Source: Amoebophrya sp. A120 (taxonomy: Eukaryota; Protista; Dinoflagellata). From it: 64,000 nucleotides of DNA. Under the pieces are notes generated by a model. The model ran no database searches. It saw only the letters and a list, made by a program, of their open reading frames with translations, and had not been told where the DNA came from. A program made the position numbers and the translations under genes. Where the stretch lies: positions 434,001 through 498,000 of the forward strand of contig CAJINV010000022.1 of NCBI GenBank assembly GCA_905178155.1. Direction: 5' to 3'. Position 1 is the first letter of the stretch. Each line of letters begins with the position of its first letter. Below, piece by piece: positions 15,001 to 24,000 of this stretch.

Positions 15001-18000
15001 CCGCACGCGGCAGGCAAAGCGAAGGAGGCCAGTTGCGAAGCTTATTCTGGGGCGGCTTCGGCGGCCGGCGTAAAGAAAACCCCCGCCCCTGGATGGGGAT
15101 GGGCCTCACGCTTCCGGGGGCTTGTTTGCGCGGTTTTGCCTCGCGCCCCCCCACCCATGCCATACACCAGAAGCCGAGGGGCAAAAGCGTGCGCGAGAAA
15201 AGTGATTGAAGCCGAATAGGAAAAGCGTGCCCGGCCGGAACGAAAGAGGTGGCAAAAAGTGCCTGCCTGGAAGCTCTTGGCCATCACTCTTGCCCGGTTG
15301 CCCGACCGGAAAGTGATGGGCAAAAGTGATGGCCATGGAGCACTTGGCCAACACTTTTGCGCGACCAGAAAGTGGTGGCCGCGGAGCTCTTGGCAAACAC
15401 TTTTGCCCGCGCGGGAAGAAAGTGAGTGACTGATGGCCGAAAGTGAGGGCCTGGGAGCTCTTGGCCATCACTTTTGCCCGACGGACAAGAAAGCGCTGGG
15501 CAAAAGCAATAGACAAGGCAGGGGCCCTTGGCCACAACTTTTGCCCGTCCGGAAAGTGGTTGGCAAAAGTGATGGCCAAGGAGCTGTCGCCATCGTTTTT
15601 CTTTGCCCGGCCGAAAAGTGATGGCCAGGGAGCTTCTAGCCATCACAACTTTTTCCCGACCGGAAAGCGATTGCAAAAATTGATGGCCGCGGAGTTCTTC
15701 GCCATCACTCTTGCCCGAGGGAGCCAGCGACCGGAAAGCGATGGCCAAAATCGCTCTTGCTCGGACGAAAAGCGATGGCCGCGGAGCTCTTGGCCATCAC
15801 CTTGCTTTGCCCGGCCGCGAAGCGATGGCCACTTTGACGGCCAGGGAGCTCTTGGCCAGCACTTGCGCCCGGCCGAAAGGCGATGCCCAGGGAGCTCTTC
15901 GCCATCACTTTTGCCAGCGCTTGCCAAGGGTTTCTTTCATCGAAAAAAACCAGCGCCAAGCTCGTGGCCCCATGTTGTCGCCAGGATACGCTTCGCGACG
16001 GACAGTATCCTGACGACGGCAGGAAGATTCGGACTCGAAAAAATGGCATTCCCATTTTTCCAATCCGGGTCCCCCTGCTGTCGTCAGGATACTGCCGCGA
16101 AGCCCTTCGCGACAGTATCTATCCTGGCGACAACAGGGGGGCTCGGGGGTGAGAGTGGTGCTCGCACTGACTTGGGCGGCAAGTTGTGAAAACCGCTGCC
16201 ACGTCCGAGTCCGCCTGTTGTCGTCGGGATACTGTCGCGAAGGGCTTCGCGACAGTATCCTGACGACAACAGGGGGGCTCGGGGCTGGAGATGGTTTCCA
16301 CGCTTGGGCTGCAAGTTGTGCAAACCGCTTTCAGGTCCGAGCCCCCCTGTTGTCGTCCGGATGCTGTCGCGAGCGCTTTCGTGACAGCATCCCGACAACA
16401 GCATGGGGATCCGGACTTGGAATCGGTTTTCGCAATTTGCCCGCCCAAAGTGATAGCCAGGGAGCTCTTGGCCATTATTTCAGCCCGACCGGAAAGCGAT
16501 GGCCAGCGGGCTCTTGGCGAGGTCTTTTGCCCGAACGGAAGGCGATGGCCATGGAGCTCTCGGCCATCACTCCTGCCCGGCCGGGAAGTGAAGGCTCAGG
16601 AGTCCCTGGCCACCACTTTACCCGGCCGGAAAATGATGGCACCAGAGGAGCTCTTGCCCATCATTTTTGCCCGGCCGGACAGTCAAAGTAGTCAGTGACC
16701 AAGGGCCCGACCGGAAAATGATGGCCCAGGAGCTCCTGCCCTTGGCCATCACTTTTGCCCGGCGGGCCGGAAAGTGATGGCCAAAATTGATGGCCAGGCG
16801 GGAGTTCTTAGCCATCATTTTTGCCCGACCGGAAAGCCATGGCCAAGGGGCTCTCGGCCATGACTTATGTCCGAGCCAGCGGAAAGTGGTGCGTGGCCGA
16901 CGAGCTCTTGGCCATCTCTTTTGCCCGGCCAGGAAACGATGGGCAGACAGAGAGCCCCGAGCCATCGTTGCCTGACCGGAAAGCGATGGCCACGGAGGAG
17001 CTTGCGGCCATCATTTTCGCCCCCCCGACCGGAAAGTGGTGGCCAAAAGTGACGCATGGCCAGGGGGCACTTGGCCATGCGTCCCTTTTGCATGCCCGAC
17101 CGGAAAGCGATGGCAAAAAGAGATGGCCAGAGAGTTCTGGGCCATCACCTTCGCCCGGCCGGAAAGTGATGGCCAAAAGTGATGGCCCGAAGGGGGCGTC
17201 TGGCCATCACGTTTGCCCGATCGGAAAGCAATTGCAAAAACTGATGGGCGACCACGGAGTTCTTGGCCACTGACCCTTTTGCCCCCCCCCGTCCGGAAAG
17301 CGATGGGTGGCCAAAAGTGATGACCAGGCAGGGAGCCGCTGGGCGTCACTTTGTTTCGCCCGACCGGAAAGTGACTGACGGCCATCCAAAACTTACTTAA
17401 AGCGATGGCCCGGGGGCTCTAGGCCAGCAATTTTGCCCGACCGAAAGGTGGCCGATGGCCAAAAGTGATGGCCCAGGAGCTGTTGGCCATCACTTCTGCC
17501 CGACCGGAAAGCGATGGCCAAAAGCGACGGCCAGGGAGTTCTCGGCCATTACTTTTGCCCAGGCGGGCCAACGAAAGCGATGGCCCCGGGGCTCTTGGCC
17601 ACCACTTTCGCCCGGCCGGAAAGCGATGGCCGAGGAGCTCCTGGCCATCGCTTTTGCGCGCCCCGGCCGGAAAATGATGGCCGAGGAGCTCTCGGCCATC
17701 ACTTCTGCCCGAGCAAAAGGCGATGGCCGAAAGCGACGGCCAAGGGGCTCGTCGCGGCCGCCACTTTTTCACTTGCCCGAACCGATCGGACGGCGATGCT
17801 GATGGCCGAGGAACTTGTGCCCGTCACTTTTGCCCGATCGGAACGAAAATGATAGCCGCCGAAAGTGATGGCCACCCATCCAAGGGGCTCCTGGCCATCA
17901 CTTTGCCTGGCTGCCCGGCTGTCCGTCCGAGCGAAAAGTGGCGGCCGGGGAGCTATCGGCCATCACTGTTGCCCGTGCAGAGTGATGGCCAAGTGGCTCC

Positions 18001-21000
18001 AGGCCATCACTTTCGCCCGACGAACCGGAAACACTTTTGCCCGAGCGAAAAGCGACCGACACATGCATGGCCAAGGAGGTCCTGGCCGTGCCGTCGCTTT
18101 TGCCCGCCCGGGAAGTGATGGCCAAGGGCCTCTCTGCCATCACTTTCTTTTGCCCGACCGGGAAGTGATGGCCAAAAGCGATGGCCAGGGAGCTCTTCTT
18201 GGCCATCACTTTTGCCCGAGCGAAAGTTGGTGGTTGGCCGTGGAATTTTTGGCCATCACTTTTGCCGGCCGGAAAGGGAAGGCCAGGGATCACTCTGCCC
18301 GACCGGAAAGTGATGGCCCAGGAGGGGCTTTTGGCCATCAATTTTGCCCGGCCGGTAAGTGATGCTTTTGGCCCCGGAGCTCGCGGCCGCCGCTTTTGCC
18401 TGACAGACTGGGCATGCCCCCCTTGGAAAACTTTTGCCCGAGCGAAGGCAAGGGGATGGCCAGGGAGCTCTTGGCCATCATTTTTGCCATGCCGGAAAGT
18501 GATGGCCGAGGAGTTGATCCCTGTTTTCGGGCGGGAAAACGGGGGCAATCGGGCTTGTCGACGCTTTCTCTAGCAAAATCACACTGAAGTTGATGCGTGG
18601 CTTTGCTCTGCTGCTCGCCAGAGCGTGCAGCGTAACATTTTGCACGACGGTACGGGGTACAGATAACGGGAACGCGTTCAATCTGTTACACGAAGCGTCT
18701 AGACGAGACCTTCTAAGCACATTCGTTTAGAATTATTTTTCTAAGTGCCTCCTATAGATTATAGCAAAGGGGGAGGGCAAAGTCGTTTCGCTATTATTAT
18801 AATTATGAGTACGAGTACGATACTTTTGCACAGGATAGGAAGGCCGGGTTCGGAAACATCCTCTGGTCGTTGTGGTTCGGCATTTCGTTGGTCAACACAG
18901 GCCCCCCGCGCACCAGCCAGGCCAGGCCGCGCAGGTACAGCGTAGTCTCCAGCTGGGTGAAGGGTTTCACGTGCTCACGCCGCAAATCGAAGCCCGCATC
19001 CTGGGGTGCTGTGGTAGTTCCACCACGCGCCCTCCGCAGAGCCTTGTTTTCTTCTTATCAAATGCAAAAATGTCTGGGTCTCCAGACTTGTAATGCTAAA
19101 AGTGAATGGTAGACGCACTGCAATACGCAGCTATGCATGACAAATTTTTTGGCTGCCATGTCTTACGTATTCCGCATGGCAAACTGCGTTTTTGCATGAC
19201 AGGTAAGAGGGCCTTTTCGTGCCTATGCAACACAGATTCTCGAGTCATGCCAGACAAACATGACAAACTTGCATCCTTCCAGACCCAGACATTTTTGCAT
19301 TTGATACCTCCACCTGCTGTGCGAAGTTGTCGTTCCCCACGATCCCGCTTGGAAGCTGCAGGGGCGGCAACATAAAAAGCACGTCTTTCTCGCGCTGGTG
19401 TACCGAAAGGAAAAATCCCCCCTCCCCATATTAACAAGGTAAGTTTTCGGAAATTTGTGACGCTGATTTGTGACAACAAATCGCGCCTGTCTTGCAAGAA
19501 GGCAACTCCACAGGCTCCGCAGCATTAATATGCAGGCGGTTTGTCATGCTGTTGGGCCTACAGCGCGGACGTTTTTCATGCTAAGCGCCTAGGCCAAATC
19601 CTCTCTACTCACACTTAGCATGGGCCTGCGGTCCTCTCCAGCAAGACAGCTCGGATTTCTGTACACAAATCCAGCATCAGAAGCTTCGGTTTGATATGGG
19701 GAGGGGGGATTTTTCCCTTTGATATGGTGGTGGTGATGCTCTTGTCCTGGCGAATGCTGGTGCTGATGCAAGAGCGCTGTTTTGTGGACGTGGTCCGCCA
19801 CAATGCGGTAGTTGCAATAGGGTTTGGCATACTGCCGCACACAATCAGGATGCGCCTCACAGAGCACGTGGTCTATCGCACGAAAAAAGTGTATACAGTT
19901 ACCCATTTGTTGGAGTTTCGGCATCACAAAGTTGCTCGACATGGCAAAGAAAGCCTGTGCCTGTGATGCGCAGACTATAAGTGAAAACACGAATGAAATG
20001 AGGCTGGAAAGCATTTCCTGCATGACAGAGGTTATCTGTCTTGCTGTCCTTGCGTCAGGGTATGTAACTGTAACACTTTTTTCTCAGGATATGGCCACCC
20101 TTGACCTCATTGATTTCTGGACACGTGAGCAGCTCGACCTATGAAACGCAAATATGTCTGGGTCCTCTGGAAACTTGTTATGCTGAATGGTGATGATTGA
20201 CTGAGACTGTGCCTATGCCTTTAAGTGTATTGCAGCATGACACATTTATTTTCAAACGCTGTCTCATGCGCAGAACGCATCACAAACTTCGCTTTTGCAT
20301 GGCGAAAGTGGAAGTGCGGTACCTTATTTGCTGCTATATGCAATACAGATTTTTTAGATATGCGAAACACGCAATACAGGCTCAACCTTTATTCCCGACC
20401 CAGACACATTTGCAGGTGATACGACCGCAGCCAGCACGAATTCTCGCTCCGTGTAGTATCCTGTGTAAAAACGTCCCCACACCATAGTCAAGATAGGGAA
20501 TCGGCTAGACAAATCCACAAGCTTTGGTTGTTTTGCATGACAAATTTGGACTCGTAGTGTAGTGCTGTTTGAGGTAGCTCAGCAGCATTACAGATCTAGT
20601 ATATCATGCTGATTGGAGCATGACAAATATCAAAACACGACTAAAAGGCGCTTCTCATGGGGTTCCGCATGAGATACATTCTTAGCATGCAGATTTGCAT
20701 TCCAACTATGGGGTGGGGACGTTTTTAAATACGATATGTAGGTCTCTCCGTTTATCTCAATCTCCCCAGCAGCCATAGGGGTCGGAGTGGGACGAGCAGC
20801 TCCTCGTCGTGACCTGGAGTTGGAACTCTTGGGATGTGGATTCACATTCGCATTCCGGTATGCAGTGCAAAAGTATCGCACTCGTACTAATTGCGTTTAT
20901 GCATTACAAACAAGGTCCGAGCACGGGGACAGAGTCCCCGCGCGGCGACCTTCCGGCATTTGTCTGCGCGGTGGCACTGGGCAGGCAGGTCGCCTGCAGC

Positions 21001-24000
21001 TAGGCATCTCGGTGCGCCTTGCATTCACTGACCCGCGACGGGCCTGCGGACGCGGCCCCCTTGCTTGCGCGCACTAGATTCATTCACTAGCCTGCCGCGC
21101 GCAAAGATAAAAGCAAGAAACGAAGAAACTGGCGCGCGCCCGCCGGGTCAGGAGCCGGCCGCCAGGTCATGACGCGGCGACAGAGTCCCCGCACCGCCCT
21201 AGGGCTTTTCTCTGCCCCTTCCATCCTTGGCCGCGCGGTGTGGTGTCCGGGGAGTGTTCCTTCGCAACTAGCCCCTAGGCCATGACGCGGGGACCGGGTC
21301 CTCGCGCTGGCCTAGGGCTTTCGCCCTTTGGCCGCACGGTGTCCGCGAAGCGCTCACAGCTGGCCCCTGGGCCATGGCGCGGGGACCGAGTCCCCACGCT
21401 GGCCTAGGGCTTTCGCCCCTAACTTCGCCGCACGGTGTCGCCGGGGAGCGCTTGCAGCTAGCTTGCTGGCCCCTAGGCCATGGCGCGGGGACCGAGTCCC
21501 CGCGCTGGCCTAGGAAGGGCTTTCGCCCCTTGGCCGCACGGTGCCCGAGAAGCGCTCGCAGCTGGGCCCTAGGCAATGGCGCGGGGACAGAGTCCCCGCG
21601 CACGCTGGCCTAGGCGGGCCAGGGGGGGCTTTCACGCTTTGGCCACATGGGGGCACGGGAAGTGTTACAAACTAGCACGTAGGCCATTGCGCGGGGACCG
21701 AGTCCCCGCGCTGCCCTAGGGGTCAGCTTCGCCCCGCCCTTGGCCGCGCGGTGTCCGGGACGGAAGCGCGCAGGAACAGCTGGCCCCTAGGCCATGGCGC
21801 GGGGACCGAGTCCCCGCGCTGGCCCAGGGCTTTCGCCCCTTGGCCGCACGGTGTCCGGGGAGGAAGCGCTAACAGCTGGCCCCTAGGCCATGCATGACGC
21901 GGGGGCCGAGTCCCCGCGCTGGCCTAGGGCTTTCCCCCCTTGGCCACACGGTGTCCGGGAACGGAACGAAGCGCCCAAAGCTGGCCCCTAGGCCATGGCG
22001 CGGGGACCGAGTCCCCGCGCTGGCCTAGGGCTTTCGCCCCTTGGCCACACCTTGTCCGGGAAACGCCAACAGCTGGCCCCTAGGCCATGACGCGGGGACC
22101 GAGTCCCCGCGCTGGCCCAGGAATTTCGATCGCCCCTTGGCCGCACGGCGTCCGGGAAGCGCTCCCAGCTGGCCCCTAGGCCATGACGCGGGGGCCAAGT
22201 CCCCGCGCTGGCCTAGGGCTTTCGCCCCTCGGCCGCACGGTGTCCGGGAAGCGCCGACAGCTGGCCCCTAGGCCATGACGCGGGAGCCGAGTTCCCGCGC
22301 TGGCCTATGGCTTTCGCCCCTTCCTTGGCCACGCCGTGTCCGGGAAACGCCTGCCAGCAGCTGGCCCCTAGGCCATGACACGGGGACCGAGTCCCCACGC
22401 TGGCCTAGGCCTTTCGCCCCTTGGCCGCACGGTGTCCGGGAAGCGCTCACAGCTGGCCCCTAGGCCATGACGCGGGGACCGAGTCCCCGCGCTGGCCTAG
22501 GGCTTTCGCCCCTTGGCCGCACGGTCTCGCGTGACAGACTGGACTTCGGGTCCAAACCTCACATGACAAAGTCCGAAAGTTTGGCCGGGGTGTGTCCGAA
22601 AGTCTGCCCGGGGTGTGTCCGAAAGTCTGCCCGGGGTGTGTCCGAAAGTCTGCCCGGGGTGTGTCCGGGGTGTGTCTGGGGTATGTTCGGACTTTTTGCC
22701 TGGGGTATGTTCGGGGGTCTGTCTGGGGTATGTCTGGGGTGTGTCTGGGGTGTGTCTGGGGTATGTTTACACCCCACCTGTTGGCTTTTCGGCAAAAAAT
22801 TGTAGTCCCCCCGTGATTGAGGAGCATTTGCATACCCCTGACACACCCCCGAACACACCCCCGAACATACCCCTCGCATGCATTTTTGACCAGCTGCTGC
22901 AGTTTAGATAGTAATCTCTTTGCTAAGGCAAATCTGCATTACAAATTCTAATTTTATTTGTAATGCTATGTCAATTTGTGATGCAATTTATGCTAGTACG
23001 ATACTTTTGCAGTTCATATCCGGAGCAGATTCGCAATGGTTGCTTCCTGCTGCTTGGCCAGCTATTACAATGAAAAATGCGAATGCCCACACCCCAGAGC
23101 TTGGCAGCATTTGTATTGCAAACCTTTCCAATGGAAACATTCCTCGTGCCCGTCCTGCATTTTTCAGCATCACAAATTTGATTTTGATGCCGTGCCGAAT
23201 AACAAAATTTGTATTGCAAAGGAGCCCAACAGAAGCCGGATCTGTTATGCAAAAGATACCTTGCGTGCCTAAATTCTGCATGAGAAAGGCTCGTCGTCGT
23301 CCTTTCATGCAAGACAGAAAGGCTTCACTTGGAAGCTTTGCATGAGAAACTTTTGCAAATTCCGAGGCGGGGGCATTTTTCATTGTAATACCAGCTCTGC
23401 TTTTTTTTTCTTGCTCATGTTCCCATCGGTCGCGGTTAGACACATGGCGGGGAGCCCGAGCCTGGCCGCCGTGCTGTGCTGGTGCACAGAGCTGCCAGAG
23501 CCGCGGCTGATCCCAGGGAGCAGACTTTGGTAGACCTCTTCCAGCTGCTGCGTGGTGGCCTGCGGGTGGGCTCGGTAGTAGTCCTGCAACCGGAGAAAGC
23601 GCTCGCGCTCGTATCAAAAGGAAAAATCCCCCCTCCCCATATCAAAACGGAAATCTGTGACGCAGATTTGTTGGCACAAATCAGCTTTGTCATGCTACAC
23701 GGGAAAAGATGCGGACTGTAGTGCTGGGTGGCGTGGGGGAGCCTTGCATCTTCAGCATGATAGGAGGCAGCTGAGAGTGGGAAACAGCATGACAAATTGC
23801 CTGCAAACGAGACCACGACTGCGGCTCTTGGCCTTCTAGCATTACAAGTCGATTTGTGACCTCAAATCCTGCATCACAGATTTCCATTTCGATATGGGGA
23901 GGAGGATTTTTCCGTTTGATAGCTCGCAAATTTTTTTCACTTGCTGCTCGACCTGAGCCGCGCGACTATCGTCATCTTCCCCGGCATATCAAGTTCAAAA

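Larger units (their letters stand above)
14671..18804. mobile_element. 4.1-kb non-coding insert with terminal hairpin and palindromic satellite (Helitron-like?)
   Basis: Flanked by ATGAGTA (14664-70 / 18805-11). Left end is a nested hairpin CTACTAGCC..GCGGGCG-N7-CGCCCGC..GGCTAGTAG. Confidence 0.6.
14543..18837. mobile_element. Introner family B expanded to 4.3 kb by a nested insertion
   Basis: Left B part 14543-14670, right B TIR 18805-18837; DR GGAAG; flanking exons join in frame (PAF|RIGRD). Confidence 0.85.
20911..22912 (-). mobile_element. Non-autonomous Helitron/Helentron-like element with a ~95-bp tandem array
   Basis: On the minus strand it starts ACTA after TT and ends in a long hairpin (plus strand AAGGTC..CGGGGAC-AGA-GTCCCCG..GACCTT, 20912-20952) then G|TT. 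Confidence 0.6.
20859..23018. mobile_element. Introner family B expanded to 2.2 kb by a nested insertion
   Basis: Left B part 20859-20910, right part 22913-23018; DR TCCGG; flanking exons join in frame. Confidence 0.88.

Noticed and set aside
12800-22911. Many overlapping 100-250 aa ORFs in the GC-rich arrays
   Set aside because: Stop-poor tandem repeats open in most frames on both strands; no domain signal.
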